From Nitrospirota bacterium (GTDB lineage: Bacteria > Nitrospirota > Thermodesulfovibrionia > Thermodesulfovibrionales > UBA9159), in the NCBI GenBank assembly GCA_037442785.1, contig JBBIPQ010000004.1, positions 1 to 41,616 of the forward strand: 41,616 nt of DNA, in the 5' to 3' direction. A model generated the notes under the pieces. The model saw only the letters and a list, made by a program, of their open reading frames with translations, was not told the origin of the DNA and ran no database searches. The position numbers and the translations under genes were made by a program. Shown one piece after another: positions 1-7,068 of the stretch (its first letter is position 1; the number at the start of each line of letters is the position of its first letter).

Positions 1-771
1 TAAATCATCGGGTTTGATGAGGGAGTGTTCATATATGAATAGTAGGGCTGTTATCATCATACCAAGGTAGTAGAGATAAGACATATGAAATATTATACCT
101 GAAAGCACAAGAAGACCCCATGTTATGGCGTGGCAGAAACGGGATACCATTATAGATCTTTTTATCCCGAATCTGGAAGGAATCGAAAAAAGCCCGTAAG
201 AACGATCGAAATCTATATCCTGAAGTGCGTAAAGGATGTCAAAGCCTGCAAGCCAAAAGACCACCGCAAGCCCCAATAGTATTATCCTGGTGTCAAGGCT
301 ACCTTTAACCGCTATCCATGCGCCTAAGGGTGCAGCAGATATAGTAACACCAAGTATAAAATGGGATAGCCATGTAAATCTCTTTGTGTAGGAATAGAGG
401 ATAATGAATGCCATTGCTATAGGAGCAAGCTTCAAGCAGAGGGGATTCAGCATGGAGGCGGAGAGAATGAATAAAAAAAAGGATATGATGACAAAAAAGA
501 TAGCCTCAGCGGGTCTAACCTTGCCTGATGGAATCTCCCTCCCGGCTGTCCTTGGATTTGCCATGTCTATATCTTTATCAATGATCCTGTTAAGTCCCAT
601 TGCTGCTGTTCGGGCAGAAACCATGGCCACTATTATCCAGAATAGAACCCTGCCTTGCGGTATCCCCCTTGAGGCGATTAAGGTGGATGTAAGGGCAAAT
701 GGAAGGGCAAAGATCGAATGAGAAAACTTGATCATCCTGAGATAGAGTGATGCCTTCTGCAGGATTGACAT
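1..771 (-). CDS. UbiA-family aromatic polyprenyltransferase (4-hydroxybenzoate polyprenyltransferase-like, possibly MqnP-type). The C-terminus runs off the window.
   Basis: My own minus-strand translation from ATG 771..769 is open to position 1: MSILQKASLYLRMIKFSHSIFALPFAL...NRIIDKDID...FDILYALQDIDFD. Both Asp-rich UbiA motifs (NxxxDxxxD and DxxYAxxDxxxD) are present, with multiple TM helices. It is missing from the ORF track because it is truncated. The start abuts the stop of the upstream gene (TGAATG). Confidence 0.85.
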   Translation of the reverse strand, partial: MSILQKASLYLRMIKFSHSIFALPFALTSTLIASRGIPQGRVLFWIIVAMVSARTAAMGLNRIIDKDIDMANPRTAGREIPSGKVRPAEAIFFVIISFFLFILSASMLNPLCLKLAPIAMAFIILYSYTKRFTWLSHFILGVTISAAPLGAWIAVKGSLDTRIILLGLAVVFWLAGFDILYALQDIDFDRSYGLFSIPSRFGIKRSIMVSRFCHAITWGLLVLSGIIFHMSYLYYLGMMITALLFIYEHSLIKPDDL

Positions 772-1539
772 TCAGGTGCTCCTTGACATCATCCTCAGGG
801 TATGAACAAGCCCTTCAATAAGGAATATAATAGATTCAACATCAAGGAAGTTTCCTGTAATCCTGTCAAAGACAATATTCAATGAGGAAGGGAATTCATT
901 ATCCCCCTCTGAGTAAAGGATCAGTATCCTTATCTTTGGAAGGAGATCGATCATCCAGGCTCTATCAGCCGGGAAGCCAGAAATAGGTCTTGCACCTATC
1001 ATTTCGAGATATGGGTTGATCCTGTCCATAAGGTTATCGAATAGTTCTCTGAGGGGTTCCTCACAATCCCTTTTAAAAGTGGATGATTTAACAAGGCCTC
1101 CTTTTAATTCAGAAAAGGACATCCATTGCCCTGTAAACTCTCCTTTTCCCTTGTTTCTTATATAATGGAGGAGAAGGATACTGATCCATTTGTTACGAGG
1201 CTCGGGGATGATATTGCCTTTTTTATCAATCAGGTAGTTTATCCCGATGCAATGAATCTCAATGGAATCATCCCTTATTCTGGCACCGAGTCCAGGGGCA
1301 GCCAGAACAATATCTATGTCCTCTAACTCCCCCTTTAGTGACCTTATCAACTCATCCCTCCAGTCACCTTGTTTCAACATTGATTGTATCTCATTGACCT
1401 TTGAAGGGTGAATATATTTGCACTCACTGAGTCCTTCACGACTTGTCTTCAGGTTGATCGCAAAGGCCATACATGTTCTCTGAGGGCACTCTCCGCAGTT
1501 TGTCTTTGGCAAAAGTTTGTATATCTCTAAAGGATTCAA
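772..1539 (-). CDS. DUF3786-like protein with an N-terminal CFeSP/RnfB-type putative 4Fe-4S binding domain
   Basis: 255-aa ORF. The N-terminus LPKTNCGECPQRTCMAFA resembles the 'putative Fe-S cluster' domain of corrinoid Fe-S protein and RnfB. The remainder resembles DUF3786. It is tightly packed in a four-gene minus-strand operon. Confidence 0.65.
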   Translation of the reverse strand: MNPLEIYKLLPKTNCGECPQRTCMAFAINLKTSREGLSECKYIHPSKVNEIQSMLKQGDWRDELIRSLKGELEDIDIVLAAPGLGARIRDDSIEIHCIGINYLIDKKGNIIPEPRNKWISILLLHYIRNKGKGEFTGQWMSFSELKGGLVKSSTFKRDCEEPLRELFDNLMDRINPYLEMIGARPISGFPADRAWMIDLLPKIRILILYSEGDNEFPSSLNIVFDRITGNFLDVESIIFLIEGLVHTLRMMSRST

Positions 1540-1542
1540 AGA

Positions 1543-1740
1543 CTATCTTCCTTTATGCATCCTGATGAAGTTTTCAATTGACCTGTCATAGGTCCTTTCA
1601 AAGTCCCTGTTGAAGAAACAGGCTGGGAGTTCTCCATTCTTCCTGTGATAATGCAGGCATTCACAACAACGGTATTTTCTTGAACATGGCTCATAGGTGC
1701 AATTACAGTATCTTCTGTTTGTCTCCATTATACATTCCAT
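1543..1740 (-). CDS. Small cysteine-rich protein (DUF6485-like)
   Basis: 65-aa ORF with 8 Cys ([21 protein letters not shown]...LPACFF). SD GAGGTGA lies upstream. There is a 3-nt gap to the next gene. Confidence 0.6.
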   Translation of the reverse strand: MECIMETNRRYCNCTYEPCSRKYRCCECLHYHRKNGELPACFFNRDFERTYDRSIENFIRMHKGR

Positions 1741-1784
1741 AGGATCACCTCACATATGTTTTTACTTATATATAGTTTATCACA

Positions 1785-2414
1785 TCAGGAAAGGATGGGA
1801 AAGGGTCTGGTCTTTTCCCTGTAAATAAAGAGGAAAAAATCATAGGGAATCATGTCATGCCTTAAAGAAACAAAGGGGGAGAGGTTCTCAATTGCGAAGC
1901 TCAGTATATCCTTAGGTCTTAGATAGAAGAGCTCATAGTCCTTCCTGGGGCTATAAGAAGACAGGGCATTAAAGACAAGGGCCTTTTTGCAATGACTGAA
2001 GAGTTTGATAAGGGTTGATCTTATTAGGTCCTCAAGGCCGTTTACCTTCAGATTGAAGACACCACAAATAAATATGAAGTCATAGTCTTCAGTCAGTTCT
2101 TCCTTTTCTATATCGAGAACCCTGAAGTCTACTCCCGGATATTTGTCCCTTGCAAGATTAATAAGGTTCTCATTTATATCAATTCCGGTATACCTTACCT
2201 CAATTCCCTTATCCCTCAGAAATCCGTAAAAGTCCCCCTTTCCGCATCCAAAGTCCAGTACGTTGCAATGCCTGATATCTCCCACCTCAAGCATTGCCTC
2301 ATAGTGCATCTCTTGTCCCTCTTTTGTCCATCTAACCGCTTCGGGTCTGTCTCCGAACAGCATGAGATTTTTATTGAAAAAAGAGATTATGTATTCCTTC
2401 GATAGGTTATTCAT
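1785..2414 (-). CDS. Class I SAM-dependent methyltransferase
   Basis: 209-aa ORF with the SAM-binding motif VLDFGCGKGDF. First gene of the operon. TATAAT lies 5 nt upstream of the ATG and there is no SD. Confidence 0.8.
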   Translation of the reverse strand: MNNLSKEYIISFFNKNLMLFGDRPEAVRWTKEGQEMHYEAMLEVGDIRHCNVLDFGCGKGDFYGFLRDKGIEVRYTGIDINENLINLARDKYPGVDFRVLDIEKEELTEDYDFIFICGVFNLKVNGLEDLIRSTLIKLFSHCKKALVFNALSSYSPRKDYELFYLRPKDILSFAIENLSPFVSLRHDMIPYDFFLFIYREKTRPFPILS

Positions 2415-2419
2415 GGGAT

Positions 2420-2425
2420 ATTATA
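2420..2425 (-). promoter_or_regulatory. -10 box (TATAAT) 5 nt upstream of the methyltransferase ATG; candidate leaderless promoter
   Basis: Plus strand attata at 2420..2425 is TATAAT on the minus strand. The spacer is atccc, then ATG 2414..2412. No purine-rich SD. Confidence 0.45.
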
Positions 2426-2579
2426 GTATATTTTATGGGTGTCACTATCTTTGCTTTCTCCCCTGTAGCGGTAGAAGTATTACGGTAGACCGGCCCATAG
2501 CAATAGACTTCCAGCAAGTAGCAAAGGCTTAGTGGAACTTAGATTTGTTCCCGTTCGATCAACAAATTTAGATCGGAAA

Positions 2580-2609
2580 TTGACAGCCTCACTGATTTTG
2601 TGTTATTTT
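2580..2609 (+). promoter_or_regulatory. Putative sigma70-type promoter for the small zinc-ribbon gene
   Basis: TTGACA at 2580..2585, followed about 17-18 bp later by TGtTATTTT (extended -10-like) at 2601..2609. Confidence 0.35.
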
Positions 2610-2721
2610 AAAAAGTTTCATTTTGGACGTTAAAACTGGGACAGTCAAAGCATAGATGATACCAATCGGTTATTGCCTTTGAAAGGCATACTAATTCCAT
2701 AAGAGAAAGGAGGTCAGATAA

Positions 2722-2880
2722 GTGGCAGAAAAGGGTAAGTCAAAGACGGATGTGACAGCAAGGGCAGAGAACAAGGTAAAGGCACAGATCTGTCGCAACT
2801 GTGGTAATAAGATCGATGTTGTGATGGCAGTTTCTCCCTCTGGCAAGAAAAGGATGAGGCGTGTCTGTTGCGGTGAATAA
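2722..2880 (+). CDS. Small (52 aa) lysine/arginine-rich zinc-ribbon-like protein, GTG start
   Basis: Not in the ORF track because it is under 60 aa. AAGGAGG SD at about 2708..2714, GTG at 2722, translation VAEKGKSKTDVTARAENKVKAQICRNCGNKIDVVMAVSPSGKKRMRRVCCGE, stop TAA 2878..2880. It is followed by a GC hairpin terminator. Confidence 0.55.
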   Translation: MAEKGKSKTDVTARAENKVKAQICRNCGNKIDVVMAVSPSGKKRMRRVCCGE

Positions 2881-2895
2881 AGAAAGAATAATGAA

Positions 2896-2921
2896 GGGGC
2901 AGATTCCTGCCCCTAAATTTT
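2896..2921 (+). terminator. Rho-independent terminator
   Basis: Stem GGGGCAG (2896..2902), loop ATTC, stem CTGCCCC (2907..2913), then TAAATTTTGTCTCTT. Confidence 0.6.
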
Positions 2922-2936
2922 GTCTCTTAGGTAGAG

Positions 2937-3677
2937 ATGTCTCAGCCTGTATCAGAAGAAGTCACCCTTGATAGTATAAGAGATATAAGGCTATACCAGC
3001 CCAGGATTGGTTATCGGTTTTCTGTTGATTCCCTTTTGCTTTTCAATTTTATTAAACTTCACAGGATTGGCAGTATCGCTGATATCGGAGCTGGAAGTGG
3101 CATTATCGGTCTTCTCCTTGCAAAGAGATATGAGAAGTCAAGGGTTGTTTTGTTTGAGATTCAGCACAAACTATCTGAACTTGCCCTGAAGAATATCGAG
3201 ATAAATGCCCTCCAGGATCGCGTTACAGTATATAATGTAGATGTGAAAGAGATCCCCTCTCTTTACCCATCCTTCTATTCTTCATTTGATGTTGTTGTAT
3301 CAAATCCACCTTTTAGAAAGATAAGATCTGGCCGAATCAATCCATACGAGGAAAAGGCGCTGGCCCGTCACGAGATTGCTATTGACCTTTCAGGACTCTT
3401 AAAGATAGCAGACTTTCTTCTAAGGCCAAGAGGAAGGTTGTTCCTGATATACCATCCTTCAAGGCTCTTAGAGATTATTGATGGGTTAAGGAAGAAAGGT
3501 ATTGAGGCAAAGAGACTGCAATTTGTCCACTCCAGCATTCAAACCGAGGCGAAGATGGTACTTATTGAGGGGGTAAAATCTGGCAGGGCCGGGCTAAGGG
3601 TAGAGAAACCATTCTTTATTTATAACGAGATAGGTGGATATACTGAAAAGATGAGGTCTATATATGGGGATCTTTGA
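2937..3677 (+). CDS. SAM-dependent N6-adenine methyltransferase, tRNA1(Val) m6A37 methyltransferase (YfiC/TrmN6)-like
   Basis: 246 aa with the SAM motif DIGAGSGIIG and the catalytic NPPF motif (VVSNPPFRK). Length and layout match the YfiC family. Confidence 0.65.
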   Translation: MSQPVSEEVTLDSIRDIRLYQPRIGYRFSVDSLLLFNFIKLHRIGSIADIGAGSGIIGLLLAKRYEKSRVVLFEIQHKLSELALKNIEINALQDRVTVYNVDVKEIPSLYPSFYSSFDVVVSNPPFRKIRSGRINPYEEKALARHEIAIDLSGLLKIADFLLRPRGRLFLIYHPSRLLEIIDGLRKKGIEAKRLQFVHSSIQTEAKMVLIEGVKSGRAGLRVEKPFFIYNEIGGYTEKMRSIYGDL

Positions 3678-3729
3678 TATGGTTGAAGGAAGTAGATCAA
3701 ATTTATACAACATCAGGTAAGTAAGCAGA

Positions 3730-3760
3730 CGATGGATAACGGGACTCCCGTTACCCATCG
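3730..3760. terminator. Strong hairpin between convergent genes (possible bidirectional terminator)
   Basis: 13 bp pair between 3730..3743 and 3747..3760 with one A/C mismatch and loop ACT. The T-tract is weak on both strands (CCCTTTCT on +). Confidence 0.35.
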
Positions 3761-3934
3761 CCCTTTCTATACAATTATCTCGCTTTGTGAGAATGAGGAA
3801 CTCGCTAATGTGCACCATGTATCAGGACCGGTAGACACCTAACGCAAACAAGCTTGCTCTCTCCGGCATGGATGCAATTCAGGTACACAAAATTCTTTTC
3901 ATCCCTGCCACAGACAAAACATTTTATTTCCATC

Positions 3935-4138
3935 TTATTGCCCTGCCTCATTTATCTCTTTTACTACCTTGTCAGGGTCAACATTGTGCATCATGGCCCC
4001 AAAGGCTATAGACTCCATCTTTATCCCTGGACAGGTGAAGCAGCCATTTCCAAAGTACTTCTCAATGACCTTTCTTGCCTCTGGGTCATTGATTACATCT
4101 CCTATTACTGTATCCTTTGTGATCTTCTTTGTTGTCAT
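3935..4138 (-). CDS. DUF1858 / hybrid-cluster-protein-associated redox disulfide protein (ScdA_N-like)
   Basis: 67 aa. The GCFTCPG CxxC motif and overall pattern (...HNVDPDKVVKEIN) are typical of DUF1858. SD AAGGAGG lies upstream. Confidence 0.75.
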   Translation of the reverse strand: MTTKKITKDTVIGDVINDPEARKVIEKYFGNGCFTCPGIKMESIAFGAMMHNVDPDKVVKEINEAGQ

Positions 4139-4201
4139 CTTTACACCTCCTTGTATTTAGCCTATCCAATTATGGTTCCTTTCTCCATGATCTTGCTCAT
4201 A

Positions 4202-4660
4202 TTATGCTATAAGCCTTTCCCCAAGGAGGTCGCCCTTAACGCCGATGATGATCTCCGTAAGCGGGATGGCTTTTCCTGATCTCTTTATGGCCTCCCTTAA
4301 AACAGCGGTCATCCCTCCACAGCATGGGACCTCCATCCTGAGGCATGTCACGGTCTTTACAGACATATTAGTGAATATCTCTGTAAACTTTTCAACATAA
4401 TACATTGCATCATCGAGCTTGGGACATCCTATCAGGACCTTTTTGTCTCCAAGAAACCTTTTATGAAAATCATGAACCGCAAAGGCAGTACAATCAGCAG
4501 CAACAAGGAGATCCGCATCGTTTAGGAAGGGTGCAACGGTCCCTATGAGCTTAATCTGTATTGGCCAGTGGGAGAGCCTTGGAGCAATACCAGTTGTCTC
4601 CCTTGAAATATCCCCGACTGTTGAACAGGACGGACACTCTTCAATTGTCTTTTTCGTCAT
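4202..4660 (-). CDS. Cysteine-rich putative Fe-S protein of unknown function (WPIQ...GCPKLD...MEVPCCGG motifs)
   Basis: 152 aa with conserved-looking Cys motifs. AGGAGG SD. Forms a two-gene unit with the DUF1858 gene. Proteins with this motif set are commonly annotated as ferredoxin-like near hcp. That comes from my recollection and is not verified. Confidence 0.5.
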   Translation of the reverse strand: MTKKTIEECPSCSTVGDISRETTGIAPRLSHWPIQIKLIGTVAPFLNDADLLVAADCTAFAVHDFHKRFLGDKKVLIGCPKLDDAMYYVEKFTEIFTNMSVKTVTCLRMEVPCCGGMTAVLREAIKRSGKAIPLTEIIIGVKGDLLGERLIA

Positions 4661-4718
4661 TTTTAACCTCCTGATATCTTTATATTCAAAATATAGCTAT
4701 TCTGTCAGGATGTCCTCC

Positions 4719-4732
4719 ATGATTTATATCAT
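4719..4732. promoter_or_regulatory. FNR/CRP-type palindrome ATGATTTATATCAT (TGAT-N4-ATCA core)
   Basis: Perfect 5+4+5 palindrome centred 65.5 bp upstream of ATG 4660. It lies about 33 bp upstream of the centre of a TATATT -10 (minus strand, 4690..4695), a class II-like geometry. Confidence 0.5.
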
Positions 4733-4741
4733 AGTGAGCTG

Positions 4742-5242
4742 TCAATATATGGTCCCCAGAACCAGGACCCAGTAGATCCTTCCTTTATTTACTATACGGG
4801 CAGCACCGACATCCTTGAATACTGGATTCATTACATTCTTACAATGTCCCTCGCTATTCAGCCATGCCATTAACATATCCTCTGCGGTCATGTAACCTTC
4901 CCCTATATTCTCAGCATAAGCCTTCCATTTATAGCCTGTTGAACTTATCCTTTCTCCCGAATCGCTTCCATCCCTTCCCATGTGGCTCAATGTCTCCCTT
5001 GATGCCATATCTTTCGCGTGAATAAGGGCTGCCTGTGCAAGCCTGCTGTCCCACCTGAGCGGTCTCGAAGGACTGAACAACTTATTGCCACATTTTCCTC
5101 CTGATGCCCTTTTCAGATTTATTATCTCTATCATCTTTATTATATTTTTATCTTTCCCTTCTCCTGATATGGATGTTCCAGGAAGGATTAATGTTAAAAT
5201 GATAATAACTATTATGATGAACAGATATCTGAGTCTCTTCAT
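4742..5242 (-). CDS. Secreted CAP/SCP (YkwD-like, cysteine-rich secretory protein family) domain protein
   Basis: 166 aa. N-terminal signal peptide (MKRLRYLFIIIVIIILTLILPG). CAP-domain motifs: W...LA.AA..HA.DM, GEN, and GH..N in WLNSEGHCKNVM. Confidence 0.8.
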   Translation of the reverse strand: MKRLRYLFIIIVIIILTLILPGTSISGEGKDKNIIKMIEIINLKRASGGKCGNKLFSPSRPLRWDSRLAQAALIHAKDMASRETLSHMGRDGSDSGERISSTGYKWKAYAENIGEGYMTAEDMLMAWLNSEGHCKNVMNPVFKDVGAARIVNKGRIYWVLVLGTIY

Positions 5243-5260
5243 AATCTTATTAACCGATAT

Positions 5261-5274
5261 ATGAGATTAATCAT
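5261..5274. promoter_or_regulatory. Second FNR/CRP-type site ATGAGATTAATCAT
   Basis: 12/14 identical to the minus-strand reading of the 4719..4732 site. Centred 64.5 bp upstream of ATG 5332 and about 35 bp upstream of the centre of TATAAT at 5300..5305. Confidence 0.45.
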
Positions 5275-5331
5275 AGCATATAAGTCTTCTTCAAGATAGT
5301 ATAATAATAAAAAATTTAAAGGAGGAAGGAT

Positions 5332-5742
5332 ATGGACAGATTCGTAAAAAACTTTATCATCACGAGCATCGTTTATCTTGCTATAGCCTCAATACTTGGT
5401 CTCTTGATGCTTGGGCATCCTTCTCTAATGTACATGAAGTTTATTCATTCCCATCTCAACATGCTCGGTTGGGTCTCGATGATGATCTTTGGGGTTGGGT
5501 ATCATATACTGCCAAGGTTTACTGGAAGGCCCCTCATGTATCCTAAACTTGGTGAACTGCATTTCTGGCTTGCAAATATAAGCCTAATCGGCATGCTTTT
5601 ATTTTATCTCCTTGGCACGGTTAATACTGAAGTCTCCATATTCAGGAGTCTTTCAACCGTATTTGGGCTGATTCAGGCAGTATCGATATTCCTTTTCTTT
5701 TATAATATGCTTGCGACGATGCTCACTAAGACAGAATCATGA
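5332..5742 (+). CDS. Small 4-TM membrane protein with heme-copper-oxidase subunit I-like His motifs
   Basis: 136 aa, four predicted TM helices. FIHSHLNMLGWVSMMIFGVGYHILPRF resembles a helix pair of CcoN/NorB-type subunit I. AAAGGAGG SD. Function unknown. Confidence 0.5.
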   Translation: MDRFVKNFIITSIVYLAIASILGLLMLGHPSLMYMKFIHSHLNMLGWVSMMIFGVGYHILPRFTGRPLMYPKLGELHFWLANISLIGMLLFYLLGTVNTEVSIFRSLSTVFGLIQAVSIFLFFYNMLATMLTKTES

Positions 5743-5762
5743 GAAATAAGGAAACTCGCGAA

Positions 5763-5840
5763 ATGGGGACGGACATTCAGAAGACAGACTCTATCCTCTG
5801 TTTATCTGTTTGTCTGTCATCTGGCTTCTGTCAACAGTAG
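5763..5840 (+). CDS. Hypothetical 25-aa Cys-rich peptide MGTDIQKTDSILCLSVCLSSGFCQQ (speculative)
   Basis: ATG 5763 with AAGGA about 10 nt upstream. Its 5' part is the 21-nt repeat shared with 14856..14876, and both copies are in the same reading frame. Confidence 0.2.
   Translation: MGTDIQKTDSILCLSVCLSSGFCQQ
5767..5787 (+). repeat. 21-nt intergenic repeat, copy B (ggacggacattcagaagacag)
   Basis: 19/21 identical to 14856..14876. GACAGAC-like motifs recur nearby, including an inverted copy gtctgtc at 5812..5818. Confidence 0.6.
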
Positions 5841-5897
5841 GGGGTTCCCCATAAAGGAAAGAAGTCAAGACCTGAGCTGCCTGATTAGCTGTCCATC

Positions 5898-6569
5898 TCA
5901 ATAACAGAGACTCTGTAACTTCTTGATATCCTTTATAATGATCTTGCCCTCTCTGTCCGAGACCATACCGAGTTTTTTGAATTTGCTCATCGTCCTTATA
6001 GATGTCTCTACCGTGGTCCCTACCATCTCCGCAATATCCTGCTTGGTAATCTTCATATCTATAAGGACACCGCCTTCTATCTTCTTTCCTGTCTTGTCTG
6101 CGAGCTTCAGAAGGAGAGCAGCGATTCGGGCTTCAACGCGCTCAAGGGCAATATTTTTTAATGTCTCATGGGATTCCTTCATCCTGTCGCCGAGCTGGAG
6201 GGCCATGCAATACATGAGACCCGGGAATCTATCAAAAATCCTCATCAGGTTAGATCTCGATATCTTTAGTAGTTCAGTATCTTCCATGGCAATGGCATTG
6301 GCAGGATAGGGGAAACCCTTTATTACAGCGAGCCCTCCAAAAAAATCAGTAGGGGCGATGATTTCAAGAATAATCTCTTTTCCTTCCTGGGATAATTTAG
6401 TGATCTTTACCTTTCCATTCAGGACTATATAAAACCATTCAGAGGGATCTCCTTCTGAGAATATAACATCCTTCTTTTTGACAGAGACCTTGATTATATA
6501 TGGGTGAATCTCTTTTAATTCATCGGGGGTCAGAGAGTTAAATAATGATATCTTGTTTAGATCAACCAT
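5898..6569 (-). CDS. Crp/Fnr-family transcriptional regulator
   Basis: 223 aa with an N-terminal cNMP-binding beta-barrel (FSEGDPSEWFYIVLNGKVKI) and a C-terminal HTH (ITKQDIAEMVGTTVETSIRTMSKF). There is no N-terminal Cys cluster, so it is not a classical O2-sensing Fnr. Confidence 0.85.
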   Translation of the reverse strand: MVDLNKISLFNSLTPDELKEIHPYIIKVSVKKKDVIFSEGDPSEWFYIVLNGKVKITKLSQEGKEIILEIIAPTDFFGGLAVIKGFPYPANAIAMEDTELLKISRSNLMRIFDRFPGLMYCMALQLGDRMKESHETLKNIALERVEARIAALLLKLADKTGKKIEGGVLIDMKITKQDIAEMVGTTVETSIRTMSKFKKLGMVSDREGKIIIKDIKKLQSLCY

Positions 6570-6578
6570 TACATGATC

Positions 6579-7064
6579 TTATTTCTTAACGCCTTCTCTT
6601 GCAATAGCTACCTTGCCAGTTCTTACGAATTCCTTTATTCCTATGGGTTTCATGAGCTCTATGAATGCCTCTATCTTTTTCTCATCCCCTGTAATCTCAA
6701 TGGTGTATGTCTTCGGGCTCGAATCTACAATTCTTCCTCTGAAGATCTCTGTTAGGCTTAGTACCTCTGCCTTTTGTTCCGGTCTGGGAGAGACCTTGAT
6801 TAATATCATCTCCCTCTCGACATGGTCGAGTTCTGTCATATCAATGACCTTAATGACGTCTATCAGTTTATTAAGCTGTTTTGTTATCTGCTCTATGACC
6901 CAGTCATCTCCGGTTGTCACGATCGTCATGATAGAGATCTGTGGGTCTATGGTTTCGCCGACAGAGAGACTTTCGATGTTATATCCCCGTCCGCTGAAGA
7001 GACCTGCTACCCTTGATAGAACCCCAAACTTATTCTCAACGAGGACAGAAATAGTATGTCTCAT
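6579..7064 (-). CDS. ilvN: Acetolactate synthase small (regulatory) subunit
   Basis: 161 aa. The ACT domain start [33 protein letters not shown] is canonical IlvH/IlvN. It lies immediately downstream of ilvB. Confidence 0.9.
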   Translation of the reverse strand: MRHTISVLVENKFGVLSRVAGLFSGRGYNIESLSVGETIDPQISIMTIVTTGDDWVIEQITKQLNKLIDVIKVIDMTELDHVEREMILIKVSPRPEQKAEVLSLTEIFRGRIVDSSPKTYTIEITGDEKKIEAFIELMKPIGIKEFVRTGKVAIAREGVKK

Positions 7065-7068
7065 TGGA

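Noticed and set aside
404-721. 105-aa plus-strand ORF from the track
   Set aside because: It lies antisense within the UbiA-family gene, whose minus-strand translation carries both Asp-rich prenyltransferase motifs. The plus-strand product has no recognisable features.
3854-4279. 141-aa plus-strand ORF spanning the DUF1858 gene region, and 74-aa ORF 3594..3818(-)
   Set aside because: Both overlap well-supported genes on the opposite strand (DUF1858 and the Fe-S protein; the trmN6-like gene). Neither has family motifs or an SD.
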